Positions 51,696 through 64,000 of a stretch of 64,000 nucleotides of DNA are shown in pieces. Position 1 is the stretch's first letter, and each line of letters begins with the position of its first letter. The translations under genes and the position numbers were made by a program. The notes under the pieces are model-generated. The model saw nothing but the letters and a program-made list of their open reading frames with translations, was not told the origin of the DNA and did not search any database. The stretch spans positions 84,570,001 through 84,634,000 of the forward strand of contig NW_024704743.1 of assembly GCF_018977255.1 (NCBI RefSeq), in the 5' to 3' direction. The DNA is from Callorhinchus milii (Eukaryota).

Positions 51696-54600
51696 AGACA
51701 GGCGTGTTTTACAGACTTGCAAAATGAACCACTGTGATAGTTTTTTCCTGTTCTTTTGTGTTTGATGTGGAAACAATTTAAATAAAAGTATGTTTTGGCT
51801 GTTAAATATCATTTGTTAATAAAATGGAAATGACTTAACAAGAGATGAGATTTCTATTTTCAAAAATCTGTGCAAACCTATCCAATAAACCCTCAATAAA
51901 CCTACCATTTATTGAGTAAAAGCTCATTATTATGTTTATTATTCTGTTTCTTTGTAAAAAATGTAAAAAATATTTTCAAATCTTTTACTTTTTCAACAGC
52001 CAAAAATAAAGTAAAAATACAGTGGAAAATGTCAATAAATAAGAGGACATTTGTTTGATATTACTTTGGGGTGAAATATTTATTTTAATTATGTAAAACT
52101 GTTTGTACCTTGAATAATCTGATATATTGGCCCATCCTTACAAGCTGAGTGTGTCAGATAAATGACTGGCTCATTTTGAAACAAGATTCACCCTAAACAC
52201 TGAGGACATAATTGATCTCCTACAAACATTGCTTCTGTAGATTAGGGTTTAATTCATGCTATTTGTCATTAAGGACAATTATTGCGTGGTTGGCTCTTTC
52301 TGTGAAATTCATTCTTGCAATTTGTTAGTGTGCTATCAAATATATTATTTTACGATAACTGCAAAATATGTTTCTCAAGATGATGGTTAAACATTTACAA
52401 GAAAGAATTGCCAATTATTGTGCAAATATGTGCATAATATTTTAGTTCCATCTTGTTTTCAGAATTCGCCCTATCTGATGGGTTGTGTAACACTGAGGTT
52501 ATGTGTAATGAATAGGTATGAGTGGACCGATCTGTGGAAATTGTTTCCCGATTGAACCTTTGTAGAAATGTTTTCTAGACACTGGTGCAATAAACTCAAG
52601 TACCAGTTTTTTGTAATCGGACGAATGTGTTGTTTACACTTCATGGAAATTATCAAAATATGAAAAAAGATATAGCTTTTCCTAGTCTCCACGGTGTATC
52701 CAACATCACAAGTATAAGTGCACTGTTTAAAACTCATTTCATATCTCCCACAAAATACAGTCACTGCACTTCACAGTATATCCTGTAAACTCCTTTGGAT
52801 GACCTGACAATGAAAGCCACTATACCAAATGTAATGAGTATTATTATATCTTAAAAATAAAAAAAAGAAGGTCACATTTGAGAAGTGTAGGACTTTCCAA
52901 CTCCATCCTCTGGAAAATTTTCATTTGAGGCCCGACCCTTTTAAGAACTATAAAAAAAAAGCTTCTAATTTCAGACTGAATTTAAGAATTTAAGTATTTT
53001 CCACATTTCTGTGCAATCTTAAGTGTTAAGACAAAACGGTCTCACAGGTAAAGACTGGATGAAATTCCAGGCCTCTGAAACACAAATATTTAGTCATCTG
53101 AAAATACCATGGCATTCAGCACATGTTCACAGTTATTCAAAATACTAAATATAACTGTATTGTGTTAAAAAAAATCTGAAAAGACACAGGCTATATTTCA
53201 AAATTAAATTATACCACACTGCATTTTAATGCTTTGATTAATTTTTAAATGTCTCAGCACAAAGTAATGTCTTGGGTTCAAATGGTTTAAACATTTCTGT
53301 AAACTTTCCATTAACTAACATTTCTTGAATGGAAAAATAGTCCCAAGGAAGGAAGGGCAGATGAAATATGTAACACCGTTACTAGTATTCACTCAGGCAA
53401 TAGCACAGTGCTATTTCCTCCCCACATGGAGTGTGCACACTTCGTTTTCAGGTTTGTCTTCAGTGCCACAGAACAGCGTTATTTAAATACATTAACACTT
53501 TATGCACCAATTTATATCAACCAAGAAGCAGACCTCCTCCGAAAATCAACACAAGTTCTGAATATTAAGTTGCATGGAATTACAAAGTTGAGAATAATAA
53601 GCATTCTGTACTTAATAAAAAGTGTTAGTCATAAAACAGATACAAAATGTCCTAAATCTTACACAATTCTTAACAAAGAGTGGGGGTTATTTTATTACCA
53701 ATCGTAAAGACAAAACAGGCATGCACACAAATGTTTACTTCATGTCAGATTTATTTTCCTGTTTTTCTACAGACAGTTTATTTAAACCTATAAAATCTTA
53801 ATCATTACCCTGATATAGGTTTGTTTTTATATTAAATGTAAGCTATCCAGAGTCTGATTTTGGCAGCATAATGTATATAAAACAAAAATCTTTAAGGATA
53901 TTTTGTGTTCATTGCAAACAAGTAGTTTTAAAAAGTAATAAAAATTGTGCATTGAAGTTCCTTTATTCTCAATTTATACAGAGTCCCCTTAAAATAAGCC
54001 TTGGATTACCCTAGAGACTGGGAAAAATTATTTTGAAACTTTGGATCTTATTGCATGCTTTTAGTTAATGTCCTTTGACTTAAATGTGCTTTTGCAACAA
54101 TCCCTCGGTTGAATTGGCCATTCACATCATGGCTGTTTGGGGGAACATTGAATACGCAAATTGGCTGTTGCATTTGCCTACAACTGCACAGCCACTACGC
54201 TTTACAGTAAAACCCGTAAAGCACTTTGATACATCCTCCCGACGAGAAAGGCATTGTATCAAAATGCAAGGCTTATTTTTATTGATGTGTAACATAACAT
54301 TTTGTCAACGTTATTTACTTTACATTTTAGCCTGTATTGCAAGCTTCCTGAATTAATTAATATTATCAAATAAATTCATCACACAGGTTTAATTTAGAAA
54401 ACAAGATTATAAACATGAAAAGAATCATATTAGTTTGAAACTCAAAACTGGTAGCTGTAATATTGTTAGGTTTGTACACTTGATACAAGAGAGATGTGCC
54501 GGAGGCCGTAAACAAGTTGCTTGTAATCAGAGTTGCATTTAACAAGAATGCTTTGTGCCAGTACTTGGGAGCTGGCGGGTTGCATGCTGAAAACGTTCGC

Positions 54601-55391
54601 AGATCTCGTAACCTCTTTTGTGTATTTTCCTACAAATCATGTTTGGGCCTTTTTCTCAAAATCATTTTGATGCAAATAAATATGCGATTGCAGCAGGTTT
54701 ATTTATTACTTTCCTACAGAATTTAAAGCAGGATTATCACCATGCTAACTGTTCCACGTGGTATTCTCTAACAGCAACAAAATACCCTCCCAAATATATT
54801 TCTGCTGTTACACTTCTTACAGTCCCTGGGGTGGGGGGGGGCGGGGTGGAGTGGCGCGGAGGGAATCTGTCATTCACCTATTTTAATTTTTTTTTATCAA
54901 GCAATGTCTTTCTCCTGTCGTTTCTTTTTGTCCTCTGTATTCCAAGATCATAAACAATAGATAATAATCCCAAAGTCCTGCAGGGGTGAATGATTCCTTT
55001 CACTCTATGTACATTTATGCACGTGTCTACCAAACATAAAGTCACTACACTTTACGGTATATTCTGTGAAGCACTTTGAAACATCCTCCTGACGTGAAAG
55101 GTACTATATCAAATGTAAGGATCATTATTATTATGTAAATCACTCTTCAGCATAGATCTTGATAATAATAAGAATTATTATTTATATTCTGGAATTTAAT
55201 ACAAGTATTACAAACATGTTACATCAATGTAACGAGAGAACAATGGGTAAGCCAAAAATATGCTGAGCCTTCATAAACATCTGCTCAGAGCATGTTAGTA
55301 GACAAGCTTGATGCTCAGTGAGACAATCCACAATCCGTGCACTTTAAAAGGTTGCAGTTGTAGTTGACATTACGGAGGGACTTGACACTAT

Positions 55392-55491
55392 GGGGGCAAA
55401 TCTCTTTTACATCTAGATTTACTCTGTTTTAGATTGTTCAGAATTTCACAATGAAAAAGGGTAAATCTAGACCCAGGTGAAATTTCTCTCC
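55392..55491. mobile_element. Short palindromic MITE-like remnant
   Basis: Arms TCTAGATTTAC / GTAAATCTAGA with GGGG..AAAT / ATTTC..CC ends; a similar arm occurs at about 49141-49175. Confidence 0.45.
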
Positions 55492-57022
55492 GTACGTTGT
55501 TTACAAATTTGCAACATTTCTTAACTATTTCGTAATAGAAAGAACATTATTCAATTTCTAAAACATCAAATTAGCTCAGAAATTTAACAATTGACCATTT
55601 CGTATTCAAAATTTGTTAAGGATTGCTGCAGAATTAGAGCCGATTTATATAGCTGTTGAACATTGTCTTGTAAGTTTGTAATAGTGTTAGGAAAGCACTT
55701 GAAACCAGTTCTATGCCTTTTATTCTGTCTCTGTAAATATAAGATAGAAACAAGTAAACTATTCAGTTTCACTCATGTATCCACATATGAAATCAATAAA
55801 TAAAATGTAATGAGCAAGGAAAAGAGTTTGCACGCAAATGAATTTCATAATCTGCGTGCGTGTCACGTGAATACTGGGTAAGCAATATACCCTTCATTAT
55901 TTAAAGACATTGATTGTGTTGTGGTGTCGAAATAGGCTTCGGCACCTGCACAAAGTACAGTTGCATGTGGTGTGGTTCCTGCGATTCTCCTCATTTTCGT
56001 TGCTTCACTTTGAAAAGGAAAAAGACAGAATTTGAATGAGAGTCATCTGCCAGGACTGACACCTAACTTTGCTCATAATCAGATTCAAACCAGTACTTAG
56101 AGAGACCTGAGAAACCACCCTCTTTTCCAAGATGCTGCTTGGCAAAAGGAGACTCGGTCGGACCATTGAAACATTCAGTCCAGCTGCTACCCCCAAAACC
56201 AAATTAAAATTGTTTTATTTTTGCACTGAGTTTAGCAAGATCATTTTTTCTTCGATTCATAGACACATAATTCGTGGACCAAGATTGGCTGCATATAAAA
56301 ATCTCAACTGAGTCCAGGCAGCATCCTCCAGTCAGCCAGCTGTTGCTAGCACTGACAATGGCCTTGCTTTCTGCTCACCTCAAACTCACCTTTCACTCCA
56401 CCACAGCCACAACCTGGGATGGTGAGGAAGCAATGTCATCGGCACACTGCCTCTTGTTGGAAGTTCTGACTCCCATCAAAAGGGTGGATTTCAACGTTTT
56501 GTTAACGTTAGATTTATAATGGCAATCAGGAACCCAAGTTATTCATATTTTTTTTGTTTACTCAGCTTGTGTTTGTTTCTATAAGCAAAGTGTGGGCCTA
56601 ACAGTGAGGGAAGCAAATTTGTATCACGAGATATAAATAAAAGTTTAATTTGCGACATTTTAAAGAGGTTCATTAATAAGGATTTGTGTCATGTGAATAG
56701 GGACTACTAGGAACTGGGGTTACATTACACTGAGCCGCAGGAGTTCTGTTTCAACTTGAGCTGCTTCTAGAGAGCAGTTCCCATGGGTTAAGTAAAATCA
56801 TAAGGATATTTGAAGGGAATTTGGCTGCGCAGGTTGATTGCATCGGAGCAGAGTTCCTGTCGGTCTGCATGATGCAGTTGTCTCCCTTTACACGACTGAT
56901 ATTCCTTATGAATTAATCCGGTTATGAAATACTGCAAATTAGACCCCAGAGTAAAGGGTGTTTTGGGTATCTTGTCATTTGATTTGTGAATATCAATTCA
57001 ATTAAACCCCTGTACACTCAAT

Positions 57023-57295
57023 TTATAATCCTTGCATTTTTGATACAGCACCTTATCACAACATTGAGCTGTCTCAAAGCACTTCACAGGATTTTATTAT
57101 GAAGTGTAGTGCTTTTGTAAATTCAGCAGCCAATTTGCTCATAGCAATGTCCAAAAACAGCCATGAAGTGAATAATCTATTTTATTTGTGGGTTGTTGGT
57201 TAGGACACCAGGAAAAACTGCCTTCCCTTTTCAAATAGTGCCTTGGGATTTTTAACTTTTATCCGAACAGGCAGAGGAGATCTTAGTTTAAACAG
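57023..57295 (-). mobile_element. DeuSINE-like 3' two-thirds
   Basis: AATCCTTGCATT...GCAGCCAATTTGC...AGGACACCAGG...TTTCAAATAGTGCCTTGGGAT. Confidence 0.75.
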
Positions 57296-60290
57296 TGATT
57301 TAGGCAAATATTTCAGCATGAAATAAAAGTAAATTAAATAGAACTCTGCAATTATTTGAATTTTTGAATGATGGGTCAATCTACATTGTGCACTTAATAT
57401 ATTAAGAATCTGTGCATTTGGTCTAGTGCCTTTCATGTCAGGAAGATGTCTCACAGTGCTTCGCTGGATTTGTTGACTATGTATTTTGTAGGTGAACTTA
57501 ATACAAGAAGAAACTATTTTTCTTTACAAGTAATTTTTATAACCGTACAGTACACAACTATCCATGCAGAATAGATAGCAAAGCAATCAAATAGCAATAT
57601 TGGAGGAAATTGCATCTTCTAAATAAATTTCAGCAATTCAAATAGCAAGAGATATTGACAGAATTATTTTACAAAGGAGACGAAAAATAAAGTTTACTCT
57701 TTTACTGTCTGTGAATTAGATTCATAATTGTCCCTCCATACCTGTTACACAGTTGATTGTATTTCATGCTTTATATTTGAAGAGTGTTTATTTAAAATTC
57801 ATCTATCCCTGCGCTTGACCTTATTTTTCATTTGCAAAGCTAAGTATTAAGCACAGTTGATTACCTTGAGTGAAACACATTATGTTATGAGCTTCAACAA
57901 ACATACACCCAGAATCATTCCCGTCATTTAAGCAGTTTAATCTAATCCGAAGTGTCAGAACAGAACATATGCAAATACTTTTGCTAATTACATTTTAAGC
58001 TGTTAATGACTTTGGTCTAATTTAGTAGTTAGTTTAAAGACAAAAACAGAATGAAAATACTGCACAAAGCACATCTTCCAATTTTAGAATGTAAGATTTT
58101 CGATTACATGGAAAGCTACGAAGATCCTAGTGAGCTACAGAGACAATTTAGTAGCATTCTCTGTTATTCATTCCTACCACATATTCTCTTCTTTTCTGTG
58201 CCCCCTTTACTTTCTGCTCTTGCCTATTTTTCAATCTTTCTCTTCTAGCATCTTCTATTGTTATTCACCCTATTTCCTGCTTGAAGTAATCCTGACATAC
58301 TGGACATCATCTGAAACTACAAACGACAGGATGCAATAAGCTGGAGAATAGCAGTAATCTGAGGAAAGTTCTTCATTCACTCTTGCTACTAACTCTCTGT
58401 CTTCTTATCCTACATAGAAAATAAAAAAATCAATACCGCCTCACAAGGCTTGATAAAAGTAGTGGACAAGTAGAGCAGGCACGCTGGATATAGTAAATTA
58501 AAGTGATCAAAATTTTCCAGTTGACTCAGCCTACAGCCTACATAAACTAACAACCCTGTCTCCCAAATGCCCGTCATGCTTCTACATGTCTTTTTTGTTA
58601 AAAAAATCTGTCTGAATTTTTCATTCTGATTTCATGATACTGTATCTAAGGGTGGGGGGAGGGGGGACAGTAAATAAACACACATCACCAAATCTGTGAT
58701 GTTGACTGCATTTATTTATTTTTTTAAATTTAAAAAAGCATGTTTTAAGTAAAACACATCCGTTTGACCTTATTTTTATTTGCAAATCGAAGAGTTTTGT
58801 AAATGTATTTGTGGTGAGAAGTAGTTCAAATACTCATTATTAAATTATTAAATTATTCAAATCACTGATGGGTTTTAAATTCAGTGGTAAGAGGAAGAGA
58901 ATTAACATGGTCTCTTTTTGTTAAAAATGAGCAAAGGTGAACAAAGGGGAAAATATGCTCGTCAAAGGCGATGTTAATAGTGGGTTTCTTTTGAGAGGTA
59001 CGGAGACAAACTGATCTGGAGTTTTGTGAGCTGCAGGGCTTCATACTGATGCTCACTAGTCCACAACAAAAAAGCCTGGGAATAGATCGCTCACAAAAGA
59101 TGCCGTGCTAGCAGATAAATCTCCACCTTTTTAAATTTAAAACAATATAGAGCCAGATCCATGAAGGTGAACAGATACATTTTGTTAAGTGTTCATTCTT
59201 GGAAAGAAAATATTGCAAGCAGATGTGCTTCTAGCCGTTTTTCTCCAGACGCAAACACTTTTATTTTAAAACAACAAAAAAAAGCCTTTTGTAATCAAAA
59301 ATGTGTTTGCGCTCTCTAAGATTTAAAAAAAAACCTTGATCAGCAGATCTGTGGGATTTGCGTTCCCACCAAATATTGGGTATTATTGAGTTGTTTTATT
59401 AATTCACAATAGTCTGTGTTTTCTTAACATGCTAGAGGTTTAAACATTATTACTGTACACGCCAATGAGATTAGCATTAAAAGCTCAAGTCATGTTTACC
59501 AGAGTAACTATCCCAACATCAAAACGTTCGCACATGTATTCCTGTATACACTTGGTAAAAATCTACTGATGTTTTACTGATTTTCTCAGCGTATCGTCTG
59601 CTCTATCGTCCTTAAAATTATTATTTTTACCGAGAGATACTCTCATGTTAATATAATTTAGCTGCTGTTAACATAAATTAGAGCCTTTTTTATTTTATTT
59701 ATTTTCGATCCACAAAATATACAACATACCTTACAGTATATTTTGTGAAGCGCTTTGAGATGTCTCGAAACGTGATAAGGGCCTATATCAAATGCAAGAA
59801 TTATTATTTTTATTGTTATATAAAAAAAGGTGACCATCATTATTAAAAATCGAAAATGTTTTACCGCTAATCTGAAGAAAATAAGCATTGCTGTTCATTT
59901 TGGAATCTTACAGCCTGTTAAAATCTACGTTAAACTTTCTTGTAAGAAACATTCAATGACAATCTCCATTTATCCTTTTATTTAAAATAAAAGAGCAGAA
60001 AATCTTGTTAGTGTTCTGGGCTGGCACACAGTGCAACAGTTGATGATTGCATATTTAAGTGCTGCTTTACTCAAGTTAAAATCCGAAAAACCTCTGCCAT
60101 CCTTTAGACAAATGATCCAAAAACCACAGATAACATTTATGTTACAATCAGAGGTTTCAATGGACACGAGTCACTCTTGAACTGTGACTCACATGCTGCA
60201 CGCACAAGATTTCAGTGTACTCCAGGAGGTAGGGAATTCCTCTGTGTCTGTCTGCGCAATTCTTTTGTGTTGTTTCTTTTCCTCTTGCAG

Positions 60291-60334
60291 AACAGATATA
60301 AAATAGAATCAATTTTGTGCTGATCCAAGACCTT
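60291..60334 (+). other. Candidate 44-nt non-coding exon
   Basis: Preceded by a long pyrimidine tract TTCTTTTGTGTTGTTTCTTTTCCTCTTGCAG and followed by GTAAGT; stops in all three frames. Confidence 0.3.
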
Positions 60335-62297
60335 GTAAGTGTGGCATGTCTTATATAGAAAGGTTAATTTTTGAGTTGCATCAAATCTACTTGTGAATAA
60401 AATCTGCTGATATTTTGATATAAACAATGTCTGGCTTTTACTGCTTTCTTATGTCTATTTCATTCATTCTCACTATAAATATCTGACTTAACTTTCCATA
60501 CACCCTCCCTATTGACTGTTTCCATCCACGTTATTTTTGAATACATCTTTTGTCTACATATTATTAGTTTTTCACCTTTATTTTGAAATTAATTATATTT
60601 ACTCTTTACTGTAAAGAAAACCTTGAAATATATTGATTTCTCTAGGCTGGGTAAATGCCAAATGCTTGAAGCCAGATGGACTTTGGCACTGAGAGTCTCC
60701 TGTACTGGATTACTGGATCTGAATTTACCCAGTATCCTAAGCAGACAGTGATGTCTAAGACGAACACCCAGCTCAATCTGTTTATACTCTCGCCTGATAT
60801 TTTCAAAGGGTTTTTAATCAGAGTGTCGGCTTATTGATCAATGACAGATACGGGAAACAACTTTTGTATGCTACTGGTGCAGGATTTTTTATCTGAGATA
60901 ATATTTCTCTCTTAAGAGGCATCCTCTCTGCTATGTATTAATTAAAATCTAAATACTAAATATTGATTGATGTGTTATCAGGCCATAGCAGTTGGACCCT
61001 GCCACATTGATTTTTGCTGTGATTTATTATCATATTTAAGAAAAATCATTTTGTGATTATACAGAGGAAATAGACTTTAGGGAGGGTGTAATTCTTTTGT
61101 ATCACTTTTGTTGTGTGGAGGACGAGCCAATTCCTCAATTGTGGCCGAGATCACTGATATCTACCACCATTTCTTCTCCTTTCCTTCCGACAGCTAATGC
61201 TTTAAGCCTGTATAGCCAAAGGATCATGGTCTTGTCATTAGGAATAATGGGTTTTAGGATTACTTTCTTAATCAGAACATGGATTAACAGATGGTATGAC
61301 ACCAACATCTAAAAATTTTCTACAGTTATTAGCAAATATTGATTTAAATAATATCATAAAGGAATTGAATTGTACACCTCTTTGCTATTTTGCAGCCTTT
61401 AGGAAATGTATACTTAAAAGCAACACCAACATTCAAAGGCTCCTCATAGATGGTGATGTTGCACAATTTTGTTTGATATAATTTTTATTTTAAAAGTCAT
61501 TATGATTTTTTTTAAACTAAGAAAATCGCAATTACAAATACTGTGGGTCATTACATTTGCCTCTAAATTAAAAAGCTGTTTTCGAGCAATAGGTTGATAT
61601 TTTAAAACAACTGTATATTACTTAACAAAGCAGCCGTTGATGAAAGTCCTTGATATGCATCTAATGGAGATTGATAAATTAAAATATATTTTTGCAGATC
61701 ATTTCAAATACGTAAATAGTATAATCACAAAAATCATCTTCTTTAATTCTTTACGCGTGCCACAAGACTCTGTAAAAATAAATCTTAGATGTTATGTCCG
61801 GTTTTGTTCCTTGCATTTGCTGTGTGTTTGTATTTGTGTGTAAAACTGCTTCTGTGCCCAGCATACAGCAGGTATCACCATCACAGTGATAGTAAAGGTC
61901 CCCTGGCACCCAGGTTCCAACAAACAATGTCACTCACAGTGGTTAGTGTCTTTCCAAGGTCAGCTCAGACAAGGAATTCTAATGAGATTAAACCTCAGTG
62001 CAGGGGTTTTAGTCCATTTTACTCATTGTTCTGAAGTCGAGAAATAGTATTACTGTAGTGACCAGGGTCCCCAGCTAAATCTCAGAGCTTATTCTATAGC
62101 CAGCTAAATTCCAGCAAACCATCTTATGGTGTATATTCCCTCCCCACTTCTCCATTTCTTCCTTTCTGCAATCGTTGAATAATTGTCTAGAAACATTGGA
62201 AAAATTAAATTTAATTCATTTCAGACAGGTCTCTGTTCATTGCAAAATGGAGTGGTGTGAGACTATCACATTCTTTTGATTTGTGAGTATGTTGAGC

Positions 62298-62400
62298 ATG
62301 TATATGTGCCTGTATGTTGATGCAGACATGTTGCCGGTATTCTTCTGTCCGCGTGTGTATGTACACATAGGTGTGTCTATGTGTTTGTGTGTAAATGTAT
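62298..62400. repeat. Degenerate (TG)n low-complexity tract
   Basis: ATGTATATGTG...GTGTGTATGT...GTGTTTGTGTGT. Confidence 0.65.
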
Positions 62401-63359
62401 GATTGTTATATTACATTTTGTAGCTTGAACAAGATTTTTTTAAAAAGTAGCTCAGACAAAAAAGTTTGTTTTGCTCAGTGTTTGAAGAGTAGGGAATTAC
62501 AGTAGACAGGTTACAACTAAATACTGTACATTTAAAAACAATCACCATTTTGTTTGCTTTCACAACATTCATGCTAACGTTCTGCATCCTTAACATGTGT
62601 CGGGTTATCTGTACAGATGCTTTCAGTGAACCTCTTTGGTCCAGCTAACTAATGTTGCTGGTGCAAGGGAGAAAATTCTTGGTAAGTTTTACCTTTTTTT
62701 TAAAAGATGACTAAAGAAGATTGGTAAGGTTCATCCTCTAGAAAAAAACTTGTGTGTTTTAACATGAATTACATCGTTGTATCTACAATGATTGCGAGTT
62801 TTAACATGAGTTACATCATCACCTTTTGGTCTGCCATTGATAAATGATAAAAAGTTAGCCAATGTTTTTTCATCAAGACAGTGCCCCTTTAACTGATTAA
62901 ATAATTGCAAGTGACTGACTCCTATTTACAATACTAATGACATAAATCAGTCCACAAAACCCCTTCAATCAAGTTATCACAGGGCAGCCTGGTGCCACCA
63001 TGTGTTAGCACGCATTGACCATACACTAGGGGAACACTCAGAGCTGGCTCATGCAAACACTCAATTTTTAATCTATGTGGAAGCCAAGACACATCTACTC
63101 AGGGAGGGGCAAAGGTAAGATTAAAGGGCAAGTTACCCAATGACTTGTAGTTTGTTACAGCCTCAATGCTGTATAGTCTAGCAGCCTCTTCCACACCCAT
63201 GATCAATGTCAGCAAATGGTAAGTGACAAAGAAAAAAACAGATCTTTTAAAAAATGGCAGATTATTGTACACTCTAAATGATATGAACTGGTTACTCCAA
63301 ACAAGGGCGGCTCAAAAAATATCCCATACAAATAGCCAATAGCTCGCTTGGATTCAATC

Positions 63360-63979
63360 ATCTCCCCCTTGGGGGAAGGTAAGCAGGGTGTCCTTGGAGC
63401 TGAACTGGCTCCAAGGTGACATGCCTAGTAACGGAATGTTGGAATCGAGCCGGCCCTCTGTGGTGGTCTTGGTAGTCCAGTTCCTGAGCCAGGTAGGACC
63501 GCAGTATTCCAGGGCACTGCTGCTGACAGCACAGCAGGTCTGGCTCATCTGCAGGACTTGGAAGAGCAGACCAGTCACAGGGGACAGGGAGTCATCCCAC
63601 TCAGCTCCTGCTAATCCTGCAAGCCAAAGCCCTAAATGGGTAGGGTGTTCCTAGCTGGACAAGCAGCAGGAAAGCTTGCCAGACAGCAATGTCAATGGCA
63701 AGCTAAATGTTTTAGCTGGTTAGACGCCAGCAGTACCCCAACTCACCTTCTGGGGTCCGCAAGCATTGGTTCTTGCCAACCTGTACCAATTACTTTCTGG
63801 AATTAGGTAAACAGGATTCATCACTGCAGGGAGAGAGTGCGCATTCCATTCCAACAATCTATGTCTGGAATTTGCATGTGTAGGTGGGCTGCATGGAAAT
63901 CTCAGTTTGGCTTGGACACTTGGTTTGGTATGGTGATGGGTTTCTACATCCATCAGATACCCGACTGACCAAAAAAAAA
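63360..63979 (+). mobile_element. Family X, copy B (longest)
   Basis: Aligns with copies A and C over its length; ends CTGACC + A9. Confidence 0.9.
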
Positions 63980-64000
63980 TCCTCTGCAGCAGCAGTCTTG

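Noticed and set aside
63354..63953. Similar ORFs in family X copies (20996.., 49640.., 63388..)
   Set aside because: Similarity follows from the shared DNA repeat; indels shift frames between copies and stops are not conserved.
1..64000. CRISPR array, operon, prophage or other prokaryotic system
   Set aside because: No regularly spaced repeat-spacer units and very low coding density; the recurring ~30-100-bp repeats are dispersed SINE/LINE tails.

Overview
This window is AT-rich eukaryotic DNA, not prokaryotic. I find no supportable host protein-coding gene, rRNA, CRISPR array or operon; most short ORFs in the track are noise or antisense/alternative frames of retroelements. The window reads as intronic or intergenic vertebrate sequence heavily colonised by transposons: (i) L2-clade LINEs, including one 5'-truncated copy with an uninterrupted RT frame (5437-7005) and a nested cluster with an endonuclease domain (15.5-21 kb); (ii) a CR1 LINE and several CR1 3' ends; (iii) a young tRNA-Ala-derived SINE in two length variants, plus older DeuSINE (SacSINE1/AmnSINE1-like) copies and dozens of isolated L2-type 3' tails; (iv) two further dispersed repeat families I cannot name, one ~600 bp and ending in stem-loop + oligo(A); (v) small palindromic DNA-transposon remnants. 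The repeat repertoire suggests a cartilaginous fish, possibly a chimaera/elephant shark (inference from memory, not a search). The best candidates for something undescribed are the unnamed ~600-bp retroposon family, the mosaic SINE, and several nested-insertion and hairpin-homogenisation events. I see no evidence for a new multi-gene system. Coordinates of old repeats are approximate (about +/-20 bp).
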